From Nemertoderma westbladi (Eukaryota > Animalia > Xenacoelomorpha), in assembly GCA_032718475.1 (NCBI GenBank), contig JAUCBJ010005663.1, forward strand, positions 1 through 50,456: DNA of 50,456 bases, read 5' to 3'. How positions within the stretch are numbered: the first letter of the stretch is position 1; the number at the start of each line of letters is the position of its first letter. Shown in pieces: positions 27,008 to 39,325 of this stretch. A program made the translations under genes and the position numbers. A model generated the notes under the pieces. It did no database searches, was not told the origin of the DNA, and saw only the letters and a list, made by a program, of their open reading frames with translations.

Positions 27008-28543
27008 TCTCACAAATCGTCTCTAATCACTTCTTATCATTTAATTTACATAATTGTATTAAAATAATATCGTATTATAATAATGAATATATTGTATGTG
27101 CTATATGGTAGGCCGACCTCGATAACTAATTTGTATTCCTGAATTATTTTGTACAATAGAGAATGTATTATTTGTAAGTTCAGCAATCGCAACCACATAT
27201 TATCTGGTCATGGAAATGTTTTTTCGTATTATTACTTAAACTCTATTTGTTAACTTTGTCATAGAAATGGGAGATAAATTAATTGAAATTTTGTGATACT
27301 GTATAACTTATTTAAATAATAAAATATTATTTATGTAAAATGTTAGCTTTTGTTTATTTTAGGGATTTTTATGGTGTTTATTTTAAGGTAGGCCTAGGTC
27401 GTTGTAGGTTGATGTTACATGTTTTCTTTATAACAAACCAATGTGCAGTGCAATGTTACCATGAATGGATAAAAATTATCCGCCATTCATGAATCGAATT
27501 CATGAATTATTTTTTTCATTATTGTTTAATACAATTTTAAAATAATAAGGACAGTTTTTGACAACTATACTTTAATTTTAACTATAATTTATGAATTATA
27601 ATTATTAACGTAACGATATGCAACATTGTAATATAAATTACGTATTACACACAGTAATAATAATATGTAATTATTAACTGCATCTATAAATTATAAACTA
27701 TTAACGGATCTAATATAATAATTTATAGCGTATAGCGAAATAGTTATTACTGTTTTATAATTTATTCAACATTGTGTTTTTGTTATAGACTGATACAATT
27801 TATAATTAAAGAATAAATTCTATGGATGTTGCAATATGTCAATTATTTATCAAAGTTCACTAGTAAAGCGAATGTACAGTAACTAAATATAATATAAATG
27901 TAACTAAATTATAACAATATACTTAAAGTTTCCATCCAATGTCTACATAATAAAAGGTTGTTAATTACAAACTCATTGTACTTGAAGTTTAACTTATGAA
28001 AACGCTTCAATTCCATATGAAAGCGTCCGTGATAAAATAATGAGGCGTATTTTTTACTTTGACGGAAAATGTCAAGGAATTCCTTCTACAGTAACAACTG
28101 GAGTTCCATTAACTAACTCTGCGTTCAACCGAGCGACGTTAAGTGTGTGCCACACTTCCTTCTAATTCAACTATTTTTTCAGTATATTCGAATTCGTTAA
28201 TGTCAGATTAACTTTCTACTAAGGTCATGTATTAAATCGTTGTATTGATTCGAATTTCAGACAAATACACGCATTTAACGCGTTAAATTATTATTAAACA
28301 TTTTTTTTTGATTGATGAATTAGATAAATAATTGATGCTACAGTACTACCAATAATTAGAACAGAAAATACTAGTTTCAAATTTACGCATTTCAGATGTT
28401 TTGCATCAAAGTCGCCTATCTCAGAAAACTGACATACATACACTATCACTGCGTAGGGCCTACCTTTTTCATTGTTTGTTGATAAATATGACAATAAAAT
28501 TTATTCTCAGAAGAATATCTCCAAAATACAGTAGATGTAGTAC

Positions 28544-29632
28544 AATTCGGTCCCGGACAATTCGGTACCAAAACACTAAATAAATGGGACCGAATTGTCC
28601 GGGACCGAATTGTTCGTTGTTCGGGACCGCATTATCCTAGGACCGCATTGTCCTAGGACCTCATTGTCCTAGGACCGCATTGTCCTACTGTAGGACCGCA
28701 TTGTCCTAGGACCGCATTGTCCTAGGACCTCATTGTCCTAGGACCGCATTGTCCTAGGACCGCATTGTCCTAGGACCTCATTTTCCTAGGACCGCATTGT
28801 CCTAGGACCTCATTGTCCTAGGACCTCATTGTCCTAGGACCGCATTGTCCTAGGACCGCATTGTCCTAGGACCGCATTGTCCTAGGACCTCATTGTCCTA
28901 GGACCGCATTGTCCTAGGACCGAATTGTCCGGTAATTGATTTAGTGTTTTTTTTACGAGCTAGAATATTTTTAAACTTTATAAATACTGTATTTTTTTTT
29001 ATTTTTGTTAATAGTAAGTGTTCGATTCGAGAACATTATTATATATTATTTATTAAGGTGTAGCTAGTGTTTTTTTTACTAGCTAGTATTTTCTTGAAAT
29101 TATAAAAGAATTTGTAAAATCATTGATATTTCAGAATTAGGCCTAATTAGCTAAACTGTTGCTGATTATATTAAATGCCAACAATATTGATGATATTATA
29201 ACAGTCCCTGAATGAGATCCAGCTATTATCTAGGATAATAATTTAGGCTTCTTAACCAACCAACAACACATACGTACAGTATACATACCGGTACGCAATA
29301 TATAAAAAAAAATCAGTTTTAAACATTTTAAATACATACAACTAGCTAGTAAATAATTCACAAGCTCCATAAAAACACCATAGGTACCATAACTAATAAT
29401 GTTAACAAAAAAAAGTAAATTTTTTTATTTTCAATAAAATACTAGCTAGTAAAAAAACACTAGCTACCATATAATTATATATATTAAGGTTCTAGAACAT
29501 TTACCATTATATAGTACCAATTAAATTTGGTCCCGGACAATTCGGTCCCAGACAATTCGGTCCCAAAACACAAAATTAATGGGATTGAATTGTCCGGGAC
29601 CGAATTGTCCGGGACCGAATTGTCCTGCTTCC
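28544..29632. mobile_element. Fold-back/MITE complex with GGACCGAATTGTCC subterminal repeats
   Basis: Head-to-head GGACAATTCGGTCC / GGACCGAATTGTCC blocks at 28544-28612 and 29529-29632; AT-rich arms ~28940-29095 and ~29330-29510 are inverted copies (TAGCTAGTGTTTTTTTTACTAGCTAGTATTTT). Confidence 0.7.
28623..28931. repeat. 16-bp tandem array (TAGGACCGCATTGTCC), ~19 units
   Basis: Directly visible; two interspersed variants (CCGCA / CCTCA). Confidence 0.95.
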
Positions 29633-29770
29633 CTTCAAAATATTGATAAAAGTATTGTTCAACACAATTTGCAACAATTATTTTAGAAATTGGGATTGAA
29701 AGAGAACAACGATCTACCAGTTTAAAATTAAATTGTTGCCGTTATTTCTAGCACCGATAGTAGTAGGGTC

Positions 29771-30052
29771 TTGGGCGGCTCGGTGACAGTTGGACCACTC
29801 TCATGACTCATTGATGAGTCATAGCACGCATAGGGTGTCATTGGCGCCAGACTGTCTGGGTGACTCCTCCCAATTAGGCTAATTAAGACCCTAATTGACG
29901 GGTGTCATCAATTAATTAGTATATTTAATCCCTAATAGGTGTCTTACGACTCCTAATTAGGGTTTAATTGATTATCCTAATTAATCAGACTGATTAGCGC
30001 CCTGACACCCAATGGGTCATGAGTGATGTCCAACCATCGCCTATAGGCCCAA
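29771..30052. repeat. ~280-bp imperfect palindrome (MITE-like or transposon-terminal fold-back)
   Basis: Nested inverted pairs GTTGGAC/GTCCAAC, CTCATGACTCATTG/CAATGGGTCATGAG, GGGTGTCA/TGACACCC, ACCCTAATT/AATTAGGGT. Confidence 0.75.
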
Positions 30053-30564
30053 ACGGGTTTCATAAGTGACACCTCTACCCTTTTATTTATTAATATTTAT
30101 TCAATTATATTACTTATTTCATTTATAAATTAATATATTATCTATCTATTTTTAGAATTACCAATAAATAGTTTTTATTACTTACTGAATGACGTCATTG
30201 ATGGCACCACCCCGGCTACCGCCCCGCCATGGACTTTCGGCTCGCCATATTTTGCCCTAGGGTATACAGGTCCCATACTACAGTAGTAACTAATTACTCT
30301 ATTTCGGCCCTCTTTCGATGACATCATCTTTGGCGCCATTGGCTACCATTGATAACATTAGGCAAGCTAGAACTCCTCTCATGCGACATCAACAAAGCTG
30401 GTTCCTCATTTGTTTAATTATAACTAACTTCCCCCCCCCGCGCCCTGATTGGTTGCTTTCCTCACCCGCTCCCCGCTTCACCGCATTCCCATTCATTGTC
30501 TAATTTTTATTATTGAAAAGTTTTAGTTATTTTTCTTAAAAGTAGGCCTATTTATTTATTTCCT

Positions 30565-30760
30565 GCCTCACTTAGACATTGAGGCTCAGACAATGCCTCA
30601 CTGAGGCTAAGACTATGTCTCACTGAGGCTCAGACTATGCCTCACTGAGGAACTGTGGCTCAGACTATGCCTCAATGAGGGAGGCTCAGACTATGCCTCA
30701 TTGAGGCCCAGACTTTGCCTCACTGAGGCTCCAGACTATGCCTCACTGAGGCATAGTCTG
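30565..30760. repeat. 22-bp tandem array (CTGAGGCTCAGACTATGCCTCA) ending in an inverted unit
   Basis: About 8 units; terminates in the palindrome CAGACTATGCCTCA-C-TGAGGCATAGTCTG. Confidence 0.9.
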
Positions 30761-30901
30761 ATTTAGCGAAAATTCAATAATATCAATTGATATTCTTATA
30801 TAATGCAGTCATGAAAGATGTTTGGTTTGTAATAAAGAAATCAGACAAGACAATCTATCTTGTCATATGGAAACACATAGAAAGGATAAGCTAATGGAAC
30901 C

Positions 30902-32143
30902 GTAAAAGGTAAAACAGCAGTATTGCTGTAGTCCAGTATGCAGTAGTCATGGTTAGTTGGTCAGGCTAATATAACTGGCTGACTAGCTACAGCATAAACA
31001 TATAAAACAGCAGTACCGGTAATACAGTAGGTACAGACTACCAGAATATAACTATTCCCCAAACCAACCAACTTATGTTAAACCCATAATATTCACATCG
31101 GAACCAGTATCTGGGAGATCCGGTAGTGTACAGCTGCCACGCGTTCCAGAAATTGTAACAGAAACTAATGGGGCGGCTGCCCCCACCCCCGGTGCTAAAA
31201 GAGCCCCCCCCCCCCCCCTGGCTGCATGGGAGACAAAATGCACAGAAAATTCACCCGACTTGTCTTCCAACACCACCAGCCATATTCGAGAGCCTCCGCA
31301 AACAACTCCTCAGTTAGTTCGCTGATGTCTTTAACCTGGGGGGCCCACTCTGACCCCAGGTTGGGCCCCCTAATGTCTATTGACTTGGTCGAGGGCGCCA
31401 CCCCATTCGCAGTCCGAGGGGCCCGGATCATTCCCCTTGTCTACCGTGAAGCTGCAAAGGAAAAACTGGACAAGATGCTGGTCTATGGTGTTATTGTACC
31501 AGTGACGAAACCTACTGAATGGTGCCACCCTCTTGTCATTGTGCCAAAGAAAAGTGGAGGTGTATGGATAACTGTAGACCTAACTAAAATCAATAAGTTC
31601 GTCCGCCGGCCAATTTATCCCATTCGTACACCACGGGATGCTGTCTCTGACATCCCAGGTGGGATGCAGTTTTTCTCCACTCTTGATGAAGTGGATGGTT
31701 ACTGGCAGCTCCCACTGGAGGAGGCCTCCCAAAACTTGACCACATTTTCCACCCCCTGTGGCCGTTTTAAACATGTACGTGCTCCGATGGGACTGTGCTC
31801 CACAGGCAATGTATACTGCCTACAGGGCGACCTTGCTCTCGGCTCTGTCCCACACACCCAGAAGATTGTCGACGATATCCTTGATTTCTAACTCATCTGC
31901 CCATGTGGGCGGACCTGATCCACCATATCCTACTCGCAGCACCATGTGACGATCCGATGTAGCATCATAAACAAGATAAATTGATATAAGCAAAGCAATA
32001 TTGTTTATATTAATATAATTGGTAAAAGGTAAAACATCAGTATTGCTGTAGTCCAATAGGCTAATATAACTGGCTGACTAGCTACAGCAAAAACATATAA
32101 AACAGCAGTACCGGTAAAAGGTACAGACTGCCAGAATATAACA
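30902..32143 (-). mobile_element. Deleted and rearranged Ty3/Gypsy (Mag-like) LTR retrotransposon
   Basis: 5-prime LTR 31945-32143 (TGTTAT...TCACA on minus) followed by PBS TGGTGCTGCGAGTAGGAT (tRNA-Ser-like, inferred); PPT GGGGAATA at ~31053-31060; partial 3-prime LTR ~30902-31052; protease motif LPDTGSDVNIM on minus. Confidence 0.8.
31220..31930 (+). pseudogene. pol: Ty3/Gypsy (Mag-like) reverse transcriptase fragment
   Basis: FADVF...EWCHPLVIVPKK...VDLTKINK...FSTLD..DGYWQ..TTF.TP.GR...RAPMGL...IVDDIL; frameshifted and truncated. Confidence 0.92.
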
Positions 32144-32189
32144 TATACAGTATCCTAATACGCCATGCATTAGGTCAGTCTCAAGGGAT

Positions 32190-32715
32190 ATCCACAGTGC
32201 AGTGATGAGATGGAGAATGAAAATAGCGAGGGTCAGGATGAAGTTGAAAAGAGTTGAGGACGAAGTAAGTGAAGGTCAGGAAGGGGGTGAAGAAAGTAAA
32301 GATCAGAAAGAGGGTGAAGAAAGTGAAGGAAAGGAAGAGGATGAAGAAAGTGATGAACAAGAAGATTATGAAAGTGAAGATCAGGGAAGTGAAGATGGGG
32401 ATGAAAATGATAATAACGAGGAAATATTGAGACAATTACTCGAAAATAAGAATAAATTGCAGAAAATTATTAATAATTTGAAGGAAAATGAAGAAAATAA
32501 AGATGAGACATTGACCCAAGTTTCTAGGAAGTAAAATTAAATTAGAGAAATTTATTAAACATTTAGAAGAGAATGAGGAAAACCGAGAAGAGATATTGAG
32601 ACAAATATTAGTAAACAAAAATTCAATGCGGAAATTTATTAAACAAATGGAAGAAAATGAAGAAAATAGAGAAGAGATATTAAGACAAGTCCTTTGAAAT
32701 AAAAGAAAATTGATA
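32190..32715 (+). pseudogene. Acidic, coiled-coil-like ORF remnant with ~28-aa (84-bp) repeats
   Basis: E/D-rich tract then EEILRQLLENKNKLQKIINNLKENEENK-type unit ~3.5 times, with a frameshift near 32522 and a stop near 32696; origin unknown. Confidence 0.5.
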
Positions 32716-33260
32716 AGTCCAGTAGTATACCGCCTACTGGATCCTAGTAACGAAGTACCTTACTGTAGAATGCAGCAGTGTATATGGGCTCGTACAGTAT
32801 CTGACAAGAAATCCCAGTCCAGTGTGTCTAAATAAACAAATACTAAGTACACAAACTACTACTGGCGAGGAATGGAGCCTGATGTCTATTCTAATACTTG
32901 GGCGAATCAAATGCCCGGGCTAACTAGACAAACAGGATACCCAGCCTCTAACCGGTGAGGCAGATGTACAGTTTACAGATACATACCAAACTCACGGGAA
33001 AACAATCCCCCTTTAGTGAATCCTAACTATCGCTATCGGACCTAAAACAATGTCAACTTGCTGCGGTGTGATTTATATGGGTATAATACGAGCTGGTGGG
33101 TCAACAAGACTAGCGTAAAACAATACTACCGGCAGGAAAGTAGCAGTCAAAAGGGTGCCTCTATGCCTGAGTAAAACAAATACTAAATACGTCCTCAAAT
33201 AATAGAATATTCTTACCATAGCTTAGATGGTTTTGATCTCAAGACGCGTGTGTGTGTGTG

Positions 33261-33623
33261 TGTTACGAATAAAACAATTTTGGTGTACAAAACAATTTAA
33301 CAAAATAACAATACCGGGCGCTAGCTACTTGAATAAGCTAGTCGCACGCTCTAGGCGCAATACTTACAAACTGACATCAAAAGGGCTCTCTCCTCCTTTA
33401 TTCACAACTCAACCGGGCAATTACGGTCTTAGTAACTACACCCATGATCAGCACTAATACCATATTCTGATTGTGAGATAAGGAAATAGGTGTTAATTTA
33501 CTACCGTACGAATAGCTGATCTGGTATGTAATTTTGATTCTAGAATTTTATTACTGCGGTGGGCTGCAGTAAATACCTATCAGTACATGGCAAGGGCGCC
33601 GTAGATTGTTTGTAACCTCCCTT
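33261..33623 (-). mobile_element. Putative ~357-bp 3-prime LTR with PPT
   Basis: Inverted ends TGTTAC (33261) / GTAAC (33612-33616); minus-strand purine tract AAGGGAGG adjacent; lies just 3-prime of the knuckle pseudogene. Confidence 0.55.
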
Positions 33624-33679
33624 AGCCAATTCAAATAAAGCAAAACACCATAAACTAAATAAGTCTTAAAGTGTCCTCC

Positions 33680-35165
33680 CGACAATCTTAAAAGTTTGTC
33701 CTAGATGTTGTCTCCTGAGCGCTAATCGCAAACGGCAGGCACGCAAGCCTTCCTTTCTCCATAATCTCGCTCTTTAACGCCAATAATAGGCTCGTAAGCC
33801 TTCCTTCCTCCACGTCGCTCCCTAGTGTTTTATCGAACGAGCTCGACCTCACACTCTAAGACGATTGGGTGGTGGTCGAGATTGAACTGGGCTTGGGCTC
33901 CTGCGCCGAGTTGTCTGCGGTTCCAAGACGCTAGGAAAAGGAACAACTGGCATCTCGCACATTCATCGGGCGCTCAATCCTCTAAATCCTCGTCCGATCA
34001 CAATCATTCGTTCGTAGGATAGGGTTGAGCCTCTGCGACACTAGGAGGGAGTTTGAGGGGCGGAAACAATCCGTCCACTGACACCTCACTCTCCGATATC
34101 ATCTGAACCCTCACGGGTTCGGGCAAAGTGAATCCTGTCCCTCCATGTGGTTTTCTAGGAAGGGAAACGGTGCCTCGGGTCATCCGGATCTGTGACTTGG
34201 AGTCGCCCAGTCGGCGACATTTACCACTTTCTTTATTTATTGTCCGGCCTTTCGGGCTCAAAGTCTATGAAATTGCGCTTCCTCTTGGGGGTGGCGTATT
34301 CTCTCGGGCAACGGTGTTGCTTTCAAACCGGTTTCGTGCAAGACGTCTGCCTCGTTCAATATAAACGAGGTCACTCGCTTGTGGTAGAATGCTCTCCGAT
34401 AAGCCCAAGCAATCGAATGCCAGGCTCCCCGATTCCGCTGTTTGACTCGCAGTTTGTCGAACTCTCCAGCGGTTATCCTGTTCACTACCATCTTAAAATT
34501 CCATGTATTCTTGTTATCCAGGTGAACCTGTAGGAAATAGTCCCGCACGACCTTAAAGACCAATGGCCAATAGCCAATGGCAATATGTCTAGCACCTCCA
34601 ACAGTTGTTGTCATACTGAGGCATAACTGACATGTACCCTTCTTTCGACATTATGAGAGGGTTGACAGCCCAGAATCCCAGGTGCTCTCTCATGGGGAAA
34701 CATTGTTGCTGCGTCGACACATGCTCATCTGCTAAATCTTCCCAATGGTCAAATAGCTGTCGTGTGATCTTAACTGACATATGCTCATAGGCAATGTCTC
34801 AGAGTTGGCACTCAGACTCCCTATGTCCTTTGATGTTGCAGAAGGTACACTGAGCCACAAAGCGCCAACAGGTGTAGAAAGTATGGTACCATTGATCTCC
34901 ACACCAGTTACACACTAGGTCTGGTAGAGATATGTATTTTGCTCTACATTTCCTGGCGTGATGCCCTGTAGCCCCGCATCAGTGTAGCCGCAAATGGTGT
35001 TGGCAGGGTACCAAATGCATTCATGGGCATTCTGGGCCTCAGTGAGAGGAATAGTCTGTGCCTCAGACCTAAAACTCGAGACTTTAGGAGTGCCTCAGGT
35101 CTTAAATTCGAATCTTTAGCAGCAGACTGGAGAACTGTGGGCCGATCAATATCCTCAGTAAAGTA
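33680..35165 (-). pseudogene. Second, diverged copy of the triple CCHC-knuckle ORF
   Basis: Manual translation of minus 35000-34790: CGATGHHARKC, LVCNWCGDQWYHTFYTC, QCTFCNIKGHRESECQL; then WEDLADEH..MREHLGF and VRDYF..NTWNF, aligning with 8650-9336. Outer limits approximate. Confidence 0.75.
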
Positions 35166-35299
35166 CGGCCTATGTAATAGTAGATGCCTAAAGTTTCAGC
35201 CTAAATAGATTAAAAACAACAAAATGAGGTTTTCATCAGGTTTTCACTTTGAGTCATTTCGCCTTCTAGCGGCAGACGGGGGAACTTCAGACTACTCTC

Positions 35300-36153
35300 T
35301 GTGACGGGATCCAGGAAGGATCCCGGTTTATCCGGTTTGTCAATTCACGCGTCCCCGCCGTGTGTGAAGGATGAAAGAGTTTGCGTTATTCATCGTGTAT
35401 AATACTCGGGTATATAAATATAGATAACTGATAATATGTTGTTGTACACGGAAGGCGGGAAACGGTAATTGAAGTCCCGGTACTTCCCTAGCTAAACTAT
35501 TGCTACTGTAACACCAATAACACTGAGATAACTGAATGAGATGATTACTGGTACCTAATGATATATTGCATGGTTTGGCCTTGCTACAGTACCTAGCCGA
35601 TGCTTCCCCCCCTGATTGGCTAATATCCCTGTTGGCTCCCTTTGGAGTGTTCCCGTTCACTCCACCTATTCTCTCTCGGTTAGGGGTTTGGCCCCTGACC
35701 CTTATTGTGTTTCTCCTTCCCACTTTGTTGGGGTGACACGAGTTATTGGTTACCCAATCTCGTGGCCCCCAATATTGCTTAACGGTTGACTTTGTGGGGT
35801 GTTAGCGGAATTGAATAAGCTAACACTCCCCCCCATGCTATCTTCCCGGTGAGAAGATAGCATCCACCTTAAAGTGCGCTACAATTCCGCTGGATCCCGA
35901 TCTATTATCGGGTGTGGGGTGGAACTATTTTCTCTCGGAACCGGCTTTCCAGGCCGCTCCCTATGGGCATGATATCGCTACCCGGTTCGCCTGGCGTCCC
36001 ATGTCGGGCCGGTCGTGCGCTCCTTTCACACGACTTTTGTTTCCCCAACACTTCGCCACTTTAACTCTACTCTGTTCTCACCCTGACTCTCCTCTACGTC
36101 TATTGCTTAACGGTTGACTTTGTGGGGTGTTAGCGGAATTGAATAAGCTAACA
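35300..36153 (-). mobile_element. Internally deleted LTR element with 5-bp TSD
   Basis: TSD CTCTC at 35295-35299 and 36154-36158; full LTR 35300-35825 (TG...CA); PPT complement CTCCCCCCC at 35826-35834; only ~54 bp of the other LTR survive (36100-36153). Confidence 0.85.
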
Positions 36154-36338
36154 CTCTCCGACTTTGTAAATGCCATAGTAGATACCCACCAAGTTTCAGC
36201 CTAAGCGGATTGTAAATAACAAAGTTAGAGAAGATGTTAACTTTCAGATAATCCACCCCCTAGCGGTAGACTGGAAAATGCTAAATTATTTAACATTGAT
36301 TAAGGCAGCATCGAGAGTTGAAGAGTGCAGTAATTACG

Positions 36339-36466
36339 TATTACATGGGAAAAAAACGTAGAACATTTTTTTCAATATTCTCTCGACCCTTTATTGACGT
36401 CGCTTGAGCTCGTTAAATAAAATACCCCGAGAATAGTGAAAAAAGCTGCTTATTTCCCATGTAATA
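36339..36466. mobile_element. 128-bp palindromic MITE
   Basis: TATTACATGGGAAA / TTTCCCATGTAATA ends plus inner TTTTTTCAATATTCTC / GAGAATAGTGAAAAAA. Confidence 0.75.
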
Positions 36467-37285
36467 AATTATTATTTTTTGTTAATATAAATTATTACTA
36501 ATACATGCACAGTTGAACCGTTTCAATATAAGTCGGTGCAATTTCAATGTTCAGTCGGTGCAAATCGATAGAGCCCCCCCCCCCCCCCCCACTTGTTTTG
36601 GTCTAGCACCGCCCCTGCTCGCGGCTTGACTCATCTTGGGTATACCCGCTCCGCCCTCTAGATCATGGCGTCGCTATGCCTCCCCTTGCCGCCCGAGCCA
36701 GAACCACTGCGCATCGCCCGCGTCTTCCTCGTACGAGTATATGCGTCGTAGTACACACACTTGGTGCACAGAGCTGATACCTTTCCGGAATCGAGGGCAA
36801 CGCTCTGAACCGCAGTAACAGAAACTACAGACTTCCCAGACTTGCGGCGCCCCATGGTTGATTGGTAACGATTCGTTCTCCTGATAACGTACAGTATTTT
36901 CTTATCATCCCGTTTGAACGAAATTATCTCCAACTGATTTTTGTAGCATTTAGGCCTACTGGTTCCCATAAAAATTCGAGTTTATTATTATTTTATTTTT
37001 ACTTTCGTTTTCCGGTAAAATACAGATCTCATTTAAAGACTGTCAATATCATATTTACACTGCTGAAGGCTTACTGTATATGTTTTCATATTTCTGACAA
37101 ATTGAGCAGGTCTTAGTTTTACCCATAAAACAAAAATTCACTGTCAATACTTACCTGTTATCAATCTCTCACGCACTGGTAGGCTACCGTCTGTGCCTTT
37201 GGGTTGGGATGAAGATTATAAGGGGAGGAACATATTGTACTGCCCCCCAATCTTTGATTGATTGGCGGTTAAATTTCTCAAATAC

Positions 37286-38465
37286 TGTAAAAGCTTTTGC
37301 GGAATTAGCTGGTTATTTTCCCCGCAAAGTACTCTGTAGTTGGTTTAACGGACATAAAAAGCCGTTTTCTTACTGTACCGGTGTTTTAGTGGACATAAAA
37401 AGCCATTTCTTCTGTATGTGTACTTTAGCGGACATAACTAGCAATTTTATGTCGCAATACGCTAAAATCCTCTTGACACAGTGTAGTTACCATGACGACA
37501 TCTAACAGCTGATATGTCCACGTGTAACATTTCTTTGTTCTCTGTTCTTTCTTTGTTCGGTCGACCAATCAGAGCGTTTTTTGACTCTGTGTTGGAGATT
37601 GTATACAGAAACTCATGCAATTGAGTCAGTATGTGTATTTTGTCCACAGCCATAAGACCGGCTTTGGAATTCTGTGTTTTCAGGCTTTAGCCAAACATTA
37701 GTAGGCTTGATCATAGAAACGTATAACTGTTATCAAACAAACAATCTGATCCTATCAATGCAAATCATATTGTCACCTACAAACACCACATTTTTACTGC
37801 TATTTACTGTCTGTTATTAATTATATCAGTTGATGAAATATTATTATATTTGGATAATATCGGTGAATAATCATAAAACCCCCAATCTTCTTGATATACT
37901 GAAGGTGAGAGACCGGTTACATATAACAATTGCGACTTACATTATATTGGTTTTGGAGTGAACCTAATGCTATTTCATAGGCACTACATGAGTCTATTGC
38001 TGTTCTCTTTATATGTGACTAAAATTAGTGAAGGTCGGCAGATCAGTGTGCAGTATTGTGCGGTAGTGTGCATGATTGTGACTGATAACAAAGCATCTCC
38101 TAAAGAATGAGCTTTATACGTGAATCCATAGCCATCCCATTGTGTCTAGTATAAGTCATAACTCTGTTTACATATTTAGAGCGCCACGTCCTAAAGGAAC
38201 TGTTAATATTTCCCGAAAGTGAATAATATTTGTCAGAAATTATATATTAACGATCAGTCGAATAATACAGTAGGCCTACACTGCAATAAGGTCAAAGCTT
38301 CCGAATCCAGTCTCCCGGGTATATCCAGCGGGTGAATGGTCGCGCATAGACTGGCTTCGGCTAATGTAGTGTATCAAATACTCGTCATAGGCTAAAGTCG
38401 ATTTATAATCTAGAAGACATCTAAATTTGGCAGGTTAAACTGCTAAAGGTCTGAAAGCGCGAACA
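37286..38465 (+). mobile_element. LTR copy 3, probable 5-prime LTR of the downstream BEL/Pao element
   Basis: TGTAAAAG...GCGCGAACA; no PPT upstream; flanks AATAC / ATAAC are not a TSD, arguing against a solo LTR. Confidence 0.88.
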
Positions 38466-38744
38466 ATAACAGTTATTGCTTCTGTATTGCAGTAGGCAAT
38501 AAAGCTGAAGTACCGGTCAACCGGTACCCAGTAGGCCTAACTACCTAACCACCTGAACCGGTACTTACAGCAGTATAGGTACAGCAGTATTATTCGATTT
38601 TGATAATTATATACCGGTAGGTCTTAATAAGTAATCGGGGACGCCTGGTTTTTATTGGGATTTTACTTAGGCCTATTTCTGTCAGTTTTATTTATTTGAA
38701 AGTTAATATTGAGCAGAAGACGTGTAAGCCTGCTCAGATTGTAC

Positions 38745-39325
38745 AGATAATTTGTAGGCTGGACTGTTGTCTGAATGTTGTTAAGTCTGAAGAGATTGTA
38801 GTATGTGTAGAGTGTATGTCCGATAAAGTACTAGTTAGGAACGTAGGGGCTTCAAGTGCTGTGAGGTAAATCCCCTCGAAAGAATAAGTCGTACTACTCG
38901 GTTAGAACGCATACTAACTAACCATTTCGGAGTCTGCATATACTGTAGTTTGTTTAGGCTTGATAGTAGTCTGCCAGCGTTTGGTCTGTATTTTGTATGT
39001 GTAGTCTGTACGGGTAGCGTAATATTTCTTATTTAGATAATGTGTAGGCTGGATTGTTGTCTGGCTGTTGTTAGGTCTGAAGAGATTGAGGTGTGTGTAG
39101 AGTGTATGTCCGATAAAGTACCAGTTAGGAACGTAGGGGCTTCAAGTGCTGTGAGGTAAATCCCCCTGAAAGAATAAGTCGTACTACTCGGTTAGAACGC
39201 ATACTAACTAACCATTTCGGAGTATGCATATACTGTAGTTTGTTTAGGCTTGATAGTAGTCTGCCAGCGTTTGGTCTGTATTTTGTTTGAGTAGTCTGTA
39301 CGCGTAGCGTAATATTTATTATTCA
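38745..39325 (+). repeat. ~290-bp tandem duplication in the leader
   Basis: AGATAAT.TGTAGGCTGG at 38745 and 39035, near-identical through GTAGCGTAATATTT. Confidence 0.92.

Noticed and set aside
36658-36860. MGRRKS... short minus-strand ORF in a GC-rich patch
   Set aside because: No recognisable domain or splice support; left unannotated.
37281-38470. Solo-LTR interpretation of LTR copy 3
   Set aside because: Flanks AATAC and ATAAC match at only 3 of 5 positions and family-type internal sequence lies downstream; disfavoured, not excluded.
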